A stretch of DNA of 20,000 bases. Origin: an uncultured virus (IMG/VR IMGVR_UViG_3300042691_049071). Taxonomy: Duplodnaviria; Heunggongvirae; Uroviricota; Caudoviricetes. Position numbers and translations under genes: made by a program. Under the pieces are notes generated by a model, which worked only from the letters and a program-made list of their open reading frames with translations, searched no databases and was not told the origin of the DNA. Positions 8,342 through 17,381 of this stretch are shown piece after piece. The DNA is taken from IMG/VR virus record IMGVR_UViG_3300042691_049071; one strand, 5' to 3'. Position 1 is the stretch's first letter. The number at the start of each line of letters is the position of its first letter.

Positions 8342-11058
8342 CAGAATTTCCTTCAGGCGTTCTTGGTAACGTCGTCGCTTCGCGTACCTATTTCCGTCGT
8401 TTAGCTTCAGGATTACTTGAGGGCTGGAAAGATGTATGCGATCGCACTATTCCCGCGATCGCTATCCTTGGCAAGTTTACAGATGAAGAAAAAGCTCTCG
8501 TCTATGACATGCAGATCCAGCTAAAGACTCTCACTAGTGGTCGATGGCTATGGGTGGGTGGTACTGAGTGGGTACTTAATCCTCGCAACTACTTTGGCTC
8601 CTATAACTGCTCTGGACAGGGGCTTTGCGACTGGGAAGCTTTTGCCACTGTAATGAATTTAGCGATGATGGGCTGCGGCACAGGCGTAAATCTTGAAGAG
8701 AAATATATTTCTCAACTACCTGTTATTCGCAACAGGCTAAAAGTTTCGATTGTTGGCGAGATTGGCGGAGTCCGCAAAGGCGATCGCAAGGAAAATACAG
8801 CAATTGAATTTGATTACTGCGATATCAATCCACGCGCTGTAATCACAATCGGAGACTCTCGAAAAGGATGGGCAGATGCTTATAAAGCTTTGCTCGAAAT
8901 TGGCTCTAATGATGTACTGCTAAAGCCTGCTAATTTCGACGTTGAGGTTGTAGTCTCCAATGTCCGACCCGCAGGCGAGCCACTCAAGAGCTTCGGCGGT
9001 ACTGCTAACCCTGCCAAACTACCCGAAATGTTTGTGCGCGTAGCCAAAATTCTGAACAAGGCTGTTGGGCGAAAGCTCAATTCTCTTGAGTGTTGTTTGA
9101 TTGTTGATGAGGCTGCGATCGTAGTCGTAGCGGGAAATATCAGGAGAAGTTCAGGAATTCGTCAGTTTGCTGAAGATGACGAGCTGGGTGCAACAGCTAA
9201 AGACAACCTCTGGATTCAAGATGGTGCTGGCAATTGGAGTATCGATCCCGATCGCGATGCTCTTAGGATGGCAAATCACTCGCGGGTATACCATCACAAG
9301 CCAGCACTTGAAGAAGTACTAGCCTCAGTAACCAAGCAACATGGTTCTGGCGAAGGTGCAATTCAGTATGCTCCAGAGGCGATCGCACGAGGCAATGCCG
9401 ATCTGCTAGACACGGGCGAGAAGCGTAGAGAGTTTATCCGTCTTTACGAAGAGGATTACCTCAATGGAGTAAAGGTGTTTACTGAGGCGAGAGCGGCTCA
9501 GTATCTTGGATCTCTAAGTCTAGAAAAATATGGATACGATCTTTTTGACGTAGAGGCTTATGCTCAAGAGCTAGAACATCGCCTATCCCGTTATCAACTC
9601 AATCCGTTAATCCTAGCGGCATAAGCGAGCGATCGCCTATGAAAACCCGAATCACGGGGGAAGTCCTAAAGCTGGATAATCCCGTACCGCCACTCGAAGA
9701 AGCGGTCGAACGACTGACAAGGGAGGCTCTCAGAGTCTGTGATACAGTCTGAACTGCACGAATAGCCGATAAAGGTGCAGACTTAAGCAGAAATGGCTTA
9801 AGCACGTCATACAGACGGGTAACAGGTTGGTGGAGAAATAGTTGGAGCCGAATTTATGTGTAATTTGGCTGAAATTCATCTAAATCAAATTGATCCTTAC
9901 GATTTTGCAGACCAAGAACGGGCATTTAAGGCTGGAGCTTTATCAGTAGCTGCATTGCTTAACCATGATTTTTCTGCGTTAGGCGATCGCTACCAAAAGT
10001 CCCGCGAATTCGATCCGATTGTGGCTGTCTGCCCGACGGGTATTTTCGATTTCTTCGTAAAAGCCTTCGGTGTGGACTGGTTGAAGTGGTGGGAAGCTGG
10101 TCGCCCTGCGGAGTGGGGCGATGACTATGTGTGGACTCCATTGGGAGAGACGTTTAGTCAGTCGATCGCCGATATCATGCCAGCATCGCAGTACTTCACT
10201 CTGCGCGAAAAAGAGTATCTGACTTACTGGCGACAAATTGTCGAGCGAACAGTTAAAGATTATTGCGATCGCCACGACCTTAAAACTCCTAACAGAACTA
10301 CTGCGGGGCAACCTTCGGGGTCGAAATCCTTACTGACAGGCGCTTCCCCTGGTTATCACCCACCCAAAGCTGCATACATGATTCGCCGCATCACAGTGAG
10401 GAAAAACCATCCCGTAGCGTTTGCCGCGATCGCATTGGGCTACACTGTAGTACCCAGTCAGTCAGACAAAGACGAGAATGGAGTTCTGCTCAACGACCCG
10501 TTCGACCCTAGAGTGACTGAATGGCTGATCGAAATTCCGATGAAGACCATTTGGGCAGATCTAGATGGCGCAGACCAAATCGACATCTCGAAGTTTAGCG
10601 CAGTCTCTCAATTCAATTTCATGATGCAAGTGCAAAAATACTATGTAACCCATAATCTTTCTAGCACTTTGGAGCTGCGCGAAAGCGAGATTGAGCCTCT
10701 AGCCAAGTGTATCTACGACGCAATCCAAAATGATGATGGCTATATAAGCTCAGCTATTCTTGCTCGCTATGACGACGTACAAACTTATCCCCGCCTACCC
10801 TTTGAGCCAATCGATCGCGCAAAGTATCAAGAACTTGAACAGGCGATCGCTGAACGTAAAGCTCAAAAACAAGTAGCTCTCGCGTTCAGACTCAAAGAAG
10901 CAGGCATCGACACCTACGACTTTAACAGCCTCTACAAGTTCTACGACCAAGGCGACGCACTCTCTCCTGAGACCGCGGCTTGTGACACGGGCTTGTGCGA
11001 GATGAAAGAGACGCTCGAACAAATCAAATCAGACTCTTTAACTGTGGAGATCCTATGA
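8338..11058 (+). CDS. nrdJ: class II adenosylcobalamin-dependent ribonucleotide reductase; join(8338..9607,9830..11058), 832 aa after splicing
   Basis: SGRWLWVGGT, YNC, MMGCGTG, VVAGNIRRS, GQPSGSKSLL and a C-terminal CDTGLC pair. Removing 9608-9829 restores the catalytic LNP-C-GEIVGAEFMCNLAE motif in frame. Confidence 0.95.
9608..9829 (+). ncRNA. group I self-splicing intron, 222 nt, no internal ORF
   Basis: 5' exon ends in U (9607) and the intron ends in G (9829). P1 CCGU|UA-aucc-UAGCGG has a U.G pair at the splice site. P4 ACGGG/CCCGU, P6 ACCGC/GCGGU, P7 GACUG(9712-16)/CAGUC(9745-49), P8 AGGCUC/GAGUCU, P9 CUGCAC/GUGCAG, and further hairpins CUUAAGC/GCUUAAG and CGUC/GACG. P3 pairing is short (CCC/GGG). 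Confidence 0.93.
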
Positions 11059-11324
11059 GATTAGCTAGACTGCAAAAAATCTTTGAGGAATTGCAGGTAG
11101 CTCAGAATGGGCAAGGAGTATTTGGCGGTACAACGCCTTACTCCTTGCTTATTGAGGAGATGCTAAAAGATTCCGACTCGGACTTTTGTTTAGTGATCGC
11201 CGAAAAAGCCATCAATATTGGTCGCAAGAAAGATGGGCTACGCGATCGCCCCGAACCAGTTGAGCAGACTACCCCTGTAAAGCGAGGCAGGAAGCCTAAA
11301 GTTCAGGAGGTAGTTAATGGCTAA
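11055..11324 (+). CDS. hypothetical protein with basic C-terminal 'KRGRKPK' motif
   Basis: ATGA overlap with the nrdJ stop; GGAG RBS. Confidence 0.7.
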   Translation: MRLARLQKIFEELQVAQNGQGVFGGTTPYSLLIEEMLKDSDSDFCLVIAEKAINIGRKKDGLRDRPEPVEQTTPVKRGRKPKVQEVVNG

Positions 11325-11541
11325 AAACGAATTACCCCACCTATATCTAGGTAATTTTAGCGCCACTCCTATTACACATAGCGTTTACTTGTCCTGCGAT
11401 CGCTGCAATGTCAGTTGGACTGGATGCTGGGACGCGATGGAGTGTCTTTACTGCGGAAGAGACTGCCTTCACGGGATCGATCATCCTGATAATCCAGAAG
11501 GCTTAAGCTCTAGACCTCTGGAGGTGGTAGTTAATGGCTAA
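11309..11541 (+). repeat. 16-bp perfect direct repeat GGTAGTTAATGGCTAA (11309-11324 and 11526-11541) at two consecutive gene junctions
   Basis: Read directly from the sequence. Confidence 0.9.
11317..11541 (+). CDS. small Cys-rich (CxxC...CxxC) putative zinc-binding protein
   Basis: CDRC...CLYCGRDC; GGAGG RBS. Confidence 0.7.
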   Translation: MAKNELPHLYLGNFSATPITHSVYLSCDRCNVSWTGCWDAMECLYCGRDCLHGIDHPDNPEGLSSRPLEVVVNG

Positions 11542-12007
11542 GCGATCGCCAAAACTAACTCCCCCACCTCTATCCGATGAAGAGTTGAGGGACTACGCGA
11601 TCGCCAAGTATATCGGGAACTTGCTTAAAGCGGAGAACGAGTCAATTGTTTTTCGCTTGCAAGGCTCGGTAGTACCCAAGGCGCGACCTAGAGTAACCAA
11701 TTCGGGACACGCCTATATGCCGCAAAACTACCGAGAGTGGAAACAGCAAGCGATCGCTGCCTTTCGGGATATTCGGTATCGCTGCCCCGCATACACGTTT
11801 CCTCTCGCTCAAGCCAATATCTTCTTGGTGTTTGATGGCAAACATGACAGGGGAAAGGATGGCGACAATTCGGGAGGTTCTTGCAATGATGCTTTAGTAC
11901 AAGCAGGTATACTCCAAGATGACAACTTTCTGCATGTGCCAGAACAGACTATGATGTTGAACTACGATGCTAAGCGATCGCCAAGCACATTAATTGTTTT
12001 GTATTGA
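11534..12007 (+). CDS. rusA: RusA-family Holliday junction resolvase
   Basis: G.VVPKARPRV..GHAYMP..Y..WK; acidic catalytic motifs DGDN...DAL...GIL.DD. Confidence 0.85.
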   Translation: MAKRSPKLTPPPLSDEELRDYAIAKYIGNLLKAENESIVFRLQGSVVPKARPRVTNSGHAYMPQNYREWKQQAIAAFRDIRYRCPAYTFPLAQANIFLVFDGKHDRGKDGDNSGGSCNDALVQAGILQDDNFLHVPEQTMMLNYDAKRSPSTLIVLY

Positions 12008-12011
12008 CACT

Positions 12012-12368
12012 ATGGCTGTAAACGTAAAAATCCTTCCAAGAGACATTCTGTACCCGCCCGAACTAGAGGGGTGTGGCTTTGATGTTACTGCTGCGGATGT
12101 AGGAATTTGCGGTGATAACGCCTATTGCCGTCTCCGACATTCTAAAATGAAAGCTGTTGAGGCATTATTCAGGGCGATCGAAAGCCAGCAAAACTGTTCC
12201 GCGATATCGAGTGTCAATTTTGGTAGCCACTTTGCCGCTTCCTATAATGCAGACGGATCTATAACCTTAATGCCAAGGACGGTGATCATCGCAGGTGAAG
12301 AATTCCTTGAATCCCATATAGAGATCAACTACAGCTACCCGATCGCAATTATTAATCCTATTGACTAA
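12012..12368 (+). CDS. hypothetical protein
   Basis: ATG 12012, 4 nt after the rusA stop. Confidence 0.65.
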   Translation: MAVNVKILPRDILYPPELEGCGFDVTAADVGICGDNAYCRLRHSKMKAVEALFRAIESQQNCSAISSVNFGSHFAASYNADGSITLMPRTVIIAGEEFLESHIEINYSYPIAIINPID

Positions 12369-12391
12369 CTAACGCGCTTTTGTGGTAGTAT
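12361..12391 (+). promoter_or_regulatory. putative sigma70-type promoter for the ssb pair
   Basis: TTGACT at 12361-66 and extended -10 TG-G-TAGTAT at 12383-91 (spacer 19 nt, long), in one of the few intergenic gaps. Confidence 0.45.
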
Positions 12392-12456
12392 TATTTTCTA
12401 ACAGGCGATCGCTACAGTAATCGCAAACAACTTTTATTTGGCTGGCACACAATATC

Positions 12457-12852
12457 ATGACAAATTCATTCGCTCTCACTCCGACCAAGCTGGTGTCGGT
12501 AGTGCCTAGCGGTACTACGGCAACAGGCATTGTAGCCTTCCGAGACTATAAGGGCGACGTTCATCACCTAGACTTTGAAGCCTATGGGGAAACCGCCAAG
12601 AAGCTTCAAGATATAAAGATTGGCAGCAAATTTGACGCTGAAGGTAATCTCGATATCTATAAAGAGAGAAATTACCTGACAGTATTCAATATTTCCTCAA
12701 TTTCTGGTGTTAAGAACCCAGATCCCGAAGAGGTTGCTCAAACCACTCCAGAGCCAACACCTGTTGCAGCGATCGCACCCAAAACCACTAAGTCGGCAGC
12801 ACCTCAACCCCCTGCCAGCAATGATTTTGACGAAGATTCTATACCGTTCTAG
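12457..12852 (+). CDS. SSB-like OB-fold protein with Pro/Ala/Thr linker and acidic SSB-Ct tail
   Basis: 'FEAYGETAKKL...GSKFDAEGNL' is OB-fold-like; C-terminus DFDEDSIPF. Confidence 0.75.
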   Translation: MTNSFALTPTKLVSVVPSGTTATGIVAFRDYKGDVHHLDFEAYGETAKKLQDIKIGSKFDAEGNLDIYKERNYLTVFNISSISGVKNPDPEEVAQTTPEPTPVAAIAPKTTKSAAPQPPASNDFDEDSIPF

Positions 12853-12861
12853 GAAACAGAC

Positions 12862-13209
12862 ATGATTAACAAGTTAAATATTGTAGGCAGACTAGGGAGT
12901 GACCCTGAACTGTCTTATTTTGAGGGCGGCAAGGTAGTAGCTAAGTTCTCCGTAGCCGTAAACAGGACTAAAACCGAAACCAATTGGTTTAACGTTGAGG
13001 TATGGGGCAAGCAAGCAGAAACAGCCAAAACATACCTAACAAGAGGTTCCTTGGTAGGCATTACTGGGCGACTGGGCTTTAGCGAGTGGAACGACAGAGA
13101 GACTGGTGAACTTCGCCGCAAGCACGTAGTTACTGCTGATAATTATAGGGGGTTAACCTTGCTCGGCTCTAAAAAACAGGATAGTGGCTACAGTGATGAT
13201 GACTGGTAG
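12862..13209 (+). CDS. ssb: single-stranded DNA-binding protein (short cyanobacterial type)
   Basis: INK..IVGRLG.DPEL.YFE.G..VAKFSVAVNR...T.WF.VEVWGKQAE...YL.RGSLVGITGRL. Confidence 0.95.
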   Translation: MINKLNIVGRLGSDPELSYFEGGKVVAKFSVAVNRTKTETNWFNVEVWGKQAETAKTYLTRGSLVGITGRLGFSEWNDRETGELRRKHVVTADNYRGLTLLGSKKQDSGYSDDDW

Positions 13210-13378
13210 TCCATGCGATCGCTGTCGATACAACAGCGATCGCTACTGCAAGATTCTTAACGTGGCGATCGCTGAATATCCTCCCTGCCATTACTGGTAT
13301 TACAAGTCCCCTCGTAGCAGAGGTATAGAATTAAAGCTAACAACAATCGAGGATCTGGCTAATGCACAACTCTTATGA
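13199..13378 (+). CDS. small Cys-rich hypothetical protein
   Basis: CDRC...C...C; overlaps the ssb stop. Confidence 0.55.
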   Translation: MTGSPCDRCRYNSDRYCKILNVAIAEYPPCHYWYYKSPRSRGIELKLTTIEDLANAQLL

Positions 13379-13395
13379 AAGCTGGAGAGACTTAA

Positions 13396-14274
13396 GTGAA
13401 TAGGATTATTTGGAAAGGCGATCGCTTTGAATGCAGCAGTTCAGAACTAGAGGACGCAAAATGGCAAGCCTTAACTTCTAGCGATTTAAGACTAAGGGAT
13501 TTTATGGCTTACTGCGATTTGCGTCTCGACGACTTTATATGCCACGCCGATCACAATATCACAGTTCTTAAGCTTAAGGAGGACCTGTCCTTCGCTGAAC
13601 TCCCGATCACCAAAGAAGGCACAGGCTTCAACACTTGCTTTCACTTAGGAGCTTATGCGATCGCGTCAATGAATCTCGGCCAAAAGCTTGAGATATGTGC
13701 CTACTCGTTTAAGCCCTTACTGCATCCAGTGCTGTTTCAAGGGTTGAGCAAATGGTTTGGTGATCGACCCGCTCAGGAGGTTGATAAGAACTGCTCTTAC
13801 TACAGTGGTGATTTAACCTTAAAATGCGCTGTTAATCCATCCTTACCTTGCAAAGACTGTAGCGATGTGTCTGCGAGGTTTAACGAGAACCTATTCGTTT
13901 GGAGGGCTACAGATTTAAACGATTACCTCAATCACGACTTGATGAAACACCTTGAAGAAATAGCCATGCGAGGGAGCGGTTTTAACCAAACGAGACAGGC
14001 TTTTGCTTCGGTACAAGAGTCAATGCGATCGCGGGTGGTAGAGATTCCTCGCATGACTATAGGTATAGATGAAGGTTCTGGGCAGGATGCTACCGCGATC
14101 GCCACGGGGTTCACTACTCCACCGCCCAGATTTGAGGAAGAACGTCAACGGTATACGGAGGAGAGGAGGCAGGCGAGAATTTGGTCTCAATTTGGCGGAG
14201 TAGTGGTATATCCTCAGCCCCATAGAATGCCAATCCCCCAAGAGCTTTACGGAATAATAAACGAAACAGAATAA
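13396..14274 (+). CDS. hypothetical protein with a cyanobacterial DUF6464-like Cys motif
   Basis: CSYYSGDLTLKCAVNPSLPCKDC; GGAG RBS before GTG. Confidence 0.6.
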   Translation: MNRIIWKGDRFECSSSELEDAKWQALTSSDLRLRDFMAYCDLRLDDFICHADHNITVLKLKEDLSFAELPITKEGTGFNTCFHLGAYAIASMNLGQKLEICAYSFKPLLHPVLFQGLSKWFGDRPAQEVDKNCSYYSGDLTLKCAVNPSLPCKDCSDVSARFNENLFVWRATDLNDYLNHDLMKHLEEIAMRGSGFNQTRQAFASVQESMRSRVVEIPRMTIGIDEGSGQDATAIATGFTTPPPRFEEERQRYTEERRQARIWSQFGGVVVYPQPHRMPIPQELYGIINETE

Positions 14275-14276
14275 CT

Positions 14277-14639
14277 ATGGGTACATGGACTGCACTTGTA
14301 TTTAACGCGGTAATCAAAGATGACTCAGTTGCTAGTGACTGGTTCTTGCTTGAGTTGGATTATAAGTTAGGGCAATTTCGCGATCGCCGAAGCTGTTATT
14401 TTCCTGCGGTAAAGCATTACGCCGTATTTAAGCAGGAACCTACTGAGTATTACGAGGTTGAAAATACCGTATCAATCTGCTGCTCGATCAAAAACTATGA
14501 CAACCAAATCGAGGATTTCTTAGATTGGATCAATCCTCATCTTGCGGAATGGCAAAAGCCAATTCAGTGTCTTGGCTATAAGCAGATCATGAACGACGAG
14601 AAGTTGCCCGAATTTATTTTTCGGAGGGCGTATGACTAG
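14277..14639 (+). CDS. phage hypothetical protein
   Basis: MG.WT.L.F...; SIKNYDNQIEDFLDWI.P motif; tight packing. Confidence 0.7.
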   Translation: MGTWTALVFNAVIKDDSVASDWFLLELDYKLGQFRDRRSCYFPAVKHYAVFKQEPTEYYEVENTVSICCSIKNYDNQIEDFLDWINPHLAEWQKPIQCLGYKQIMNDEKLPEFIFRRAYD

Positions 14640-14865
14640 AGAAGATGCCGAAGAGTGCCTATCTAAAGGCTTAAAAGTCGTCACCCGATACGGCTTAGGC
14701 GAAGTTATGTCACTATCAAAGAAAAGTGACTCGATTCAATGGGCGAAGATAAAGCAGCTTGACCCTGATCGCCAGTTTGAAGCACCCAGATGTCTATACT
14801 TGTCGAGCATCAGCAGATATACTGCTACTTCTGTTGAGCAAGAACGGGTAGACAGTAATTTTTAA
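14632..14865 (+). CDS. hypothetical SH3-like protein, last gene of the + operon
   Basis: GGAGG RBS; stop overlaps the terL stop (TTAA). Confidence 0.65.
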   Translation: MTREDAEECLSKGLKVVTRYGLGEVMSLSKKSDSIQWAKIKQLDPDRQFEAPRCLYLSSISRYTATSVEQERVDSNF

Positions 14866-16490
14866 TATCCAGTCCGCCACAAAGTATCCATCAGTGTCTC
14901 TCTACCAGCAAACGCAATTACACAAGCATCACTACAATTAGGCGATCGCCCCAATCTCGGAATAGTCTTAGAAGCCTTATCCTCGATGCGAAGTTTCGCG
15001 TTGGGGGTTTCTTCGTAATAGACGTTACTGAAGTCGGTCATGATATATTCTTCTTCTTCTAGTGGTGCGATCGCTGATATATCGTCATTACCATCAGCAG
15101 CCGCAAAGAACTCACGCAACTTCCAATACCATTGAGCCTTCCAGTTCATGTACAACTGATCGAAGTCTTGGTTAGCATCTTCTTCAACTGCATCACCAAA
15201 ATTAGCTGCCCATACCTGCGCTCCCCATCCGCGATCAAGCAAGTAGGCTAATGTGCCCGAACCAACACCCGTAGCATCTATGCCGACTTTGCAGTTTGGA
15301 TAGACGCGCAGATATTCTTCCTCAATGATTTGGGCAATACGAATAACATCTTTGCGATCGCCTACACAGGGGATAACTCTCGCGACCTTAAGTACATTAC
15401 CTTGGAACCCACAAATAGCATGGTCGTCACTCATGGAGCCAACATCTACACCAAAACTCCAAGGTGTATTGACATTGATGATCGTTTCCCATAGATCGGG
15501 GTTGAGATCGTACCTTGCTCGTGCCGCCAAGAAGTATGACTGGGGAAGAATAGCACTGCCTGAGTCTTCAGGAAATAAGCCTTCGACACGGCTTACCCAG
15601 TAAGGCGATCGCTCGCCCTTCTTTGATCGGATCTTCTCAATCCATTCAACAGACACCGCCCCTTCAACAACGTCTCGCGGTAGATCCTCTGACCACAATT
15701 TCTGTGGTTTTACGGGGCTTCGTTTGTATTGGGGGTCATCGCGATCGCGTAGTATCTTCTCGGCAATATCGGGCTTGAGTCGGTGTATACCATCTGGATG
15801 CAACTCATAGAAATCGACCACATTCGGGTGAGACCATACGGGAATTCTAATGTGACCCATTTTACAGGCAGCATCAAAAGCTGTTCCTGAAGATACTGGG
15901 TTTCCAACCCTGATAATCTTGTTGGTGTCGGAACCTGTTAGGCAGGATGCAGCCCCATCATCAATCTGAGAGGATATACCGTTAGCCTCATCAAAGACAA
16001 TGAGAAGCTTCTTTGAGTGAACGCCTTGAAAGGTATTGGCATCATAATTACTAGTACTAAATCCTTCCCCAAAACAGTCATTGTCTAGAAATAGCCTAAC
16101 CGAAGTTCTCCTACCCCCGATGATCTTCTTGTTGCGATCGTAGTTGCTGCGTATATACCTCCAGAGCAGCATCTCGACTTGTCGATAGGTTGGAGCAGTA
16201 GTAAGTGCAACACCCCCAAGACATTTAACAAAATGAATAACTATCCAAGCAAGTAGCCAAGTCTTTCCAACCCCGTGCGCTGCCTGTACGTTGGTTTCCT
16301 GTTCTTCAATATACGATCGCAGTATCTCTCTTTGGTCTTGGGACAGCATTCCGTTCGGCTGCATATACATAATCAGCCCTTCGGGGTCGTCGGCAAACCT
16401 TGTAAGATCTTCGCCTAAGTCTAGAAACTGATCTCCCCCGATCGCCTTAACCTGCGCGTTACAACTCTTCTTCAGTGTCGCTAAGCCCAC
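14862..16490 (-). CDS. terL: terminase large subunit
   Basis: Walker A AHGVGKT, TAPT..Q, Walker B LIVFDEA, GNP coupling motif, RV.G.FP, nuclease motifs GVDVG / IDATGVG / SPN.SDA. Confidence 0.93.
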   Translation of the reverse strand: MGLATLKKSCNAQVKAIGGDQFLDLGEDLTRFADDPEGLIMYMQPNGMLSQDQREILRSYIEEQETNVQAAHGVGKTWLLAWIVIHFVKCLGGVALTTAPTYRQVEMLLWRYIRSNYDRNKKIIGGRRTSVRLFLDNDCFGEGFSTSNYDANTFQGVHSKKLLIVFDEANGISSQIDDGAASCLTGSDTNKIIRVGNPVSSGTAFDAACKMGHIRIPVWSHPNVVDFYELHPDGIHRLKPDIAEKILRDRDDPQYKRSPVKPQKLWSEDLPRDVVEGAVSVEWIEKIRSKKGERSPYWVSRVEGLFPEDSGSAILPQSYFLAARARYDLNPDLWETIINVNTPWSFGVDVGSMSDDHAICGFQGNVLKVARVIPCVGDRKDVIRIAQIIEEEYLRVYPNCKVGIDATGVGSGTLAYLLDRGWGAQVWAANFGDAVEEDANQDFDQLYMNWKAQWYWKLREFFAAADGNDDISAIAPLEEEEYIMTDFSNVYYEETPNAKLRIEDKASKTIPRLGRSPNCSDACVIAFAGRETLMDTLWRTGY

Positions 16491-17055
16491 CGCTTAATAC
16501 CTCCCTGATAGTTGTCTGAGCTTGATCGGCGATCGCCATAATCGTCTCGGCTTTAGACTGCGGCAGTATACCTTCGTTAGCCATCTGAGTCGCCAGCACA
16601 TCGATAGTTGTCCGAGGTATTGCTGGCATAATCATCTCGATAATCTTGGGAGGGCAGCGCAGGATAACCTCGTTAGTGGTCTCTACTTCGTCAATGCAAT
16701 CTAAAACTAATTCATCGGGCTTTTTCTTGTTTGGTACATACCGAGTTCTCTTAGTTCGAGAGGTTGTAACCCTTGGAGATTTATGGCAAGTTAAGTAATC
16801 TTCTACGCAAGCCTTGGCTAAATTTATAAAATAATCAGGTTGCGATCGCCTGTAGTCCGCCAAAGCGACATTAATTTCCTCAGAAAATTCAGGGAACTCA
16901 ATTTGCCACGAATCGTAAGTGTGTTTAGTAATGATTCTGGGTAATTGTTCGTACACGGATTCAGCCGAACCAGTTCTCCTGATTCGGTCTTTCACCTCCT
17001 TTAGTAAAGACGGAGATAGATCTGCTCTGCTTTTAGGTCTACCTTTCTTAGCCAT
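16459..17055 (-). CDS. terS: probable terminase small subunit
   Basis: Directly upstream of and overlapping terL; MAKKGRP start and 'TYDSW..EFPEFSE.I..A' HTH-like pattern typical of TerS. Confidence 0.65.
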   Translation of the reverse strand: MAKKGRPKSRADLSPSLLKEVKDRIRRTGSAESVYEQLPRIITKHTYDSWQIEFPEFSEEINVALADYRRSQPDYFINLAKACVEDYLTCHKSPRVTTSRTKRTRYVPNKKKPDELVLDCIDEVETTNEVILRCPPKIIEMIMPAIPRTTIDVLATQMANEGILPQSKAETIMAIADQAQTTIREVLSGGLSDTEEEL

Positions 17056-17086
17056 GTATCGACGAAAGCATGTCCTAACGCAGATT

Positions 17087-17320
17087 CTAGCCGATTTCGT
17101 GGTAATAGCGATCGCATAACACCACATTATCAAAAGAAAATGGAATTAACTCTCCATCATCAAAACGAATCCATAATCTCTCACAAGCGATCGCCACTGT
17201 TTCTACGGTTGCCTCAAGCCCATATTTGCCGTTGCCAGGGTATAGGCAGATTACGCGATCGCCTTCTTGGGGAGTATATCTGCCGAGGCGTTTTAGAATT
17301 GTCTTTAGCTTGTATATCAT
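17087..17320 (-). CDS. small SH3/KOW-like hypothetical protein (start 17320 or upstream)
   Basis: 'EGDRVICL.PG...GLEATVE.V...LWIRFDDGE'. Confidence 0.6.
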   Translation of the reverse strand: MIYKLKTILKRLGRYTPQEGDRVICLYPGNGKYGLEATVETVAIACERLWIRFDDGELIPFSFDNVVLCDRYYHEIG

Positions 17321-17331
17321 ATTTTGCTTAT

Positions 17332-17377
17332 TATTAACGGCAAGCTTGTTAGGCGATCGCATATTAACGACAAACTT
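17332..17377. repeat. imperfect 16-bp direct repeat TATTAACG(G/A)CAA(G/A)CTT, 30-bp period, flanking a HIP1 site
   Basis: 17332-17347 versus 17362-17377, 14/16 identical. Confidence 0.7.
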
Positions 17378-17381
17378 CAAG

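Noticed and set aside
8338..11058. nrdJ as a pseudogene, two-subunit split gene or intein-containing gene
   Set aside because: The insert has an in-frame stop, so it is not an intein. It shows group I core pairings, and precise removal restores NPCGE.
13215..13272. Three closely spaced GCGATCGC copies as a CRISPR-like or iteron array
   Set aside because: They are only 8-bp HIP1 sites with irregular spacing inside a coding region; no CRISPR array was seen anywhere in the window.
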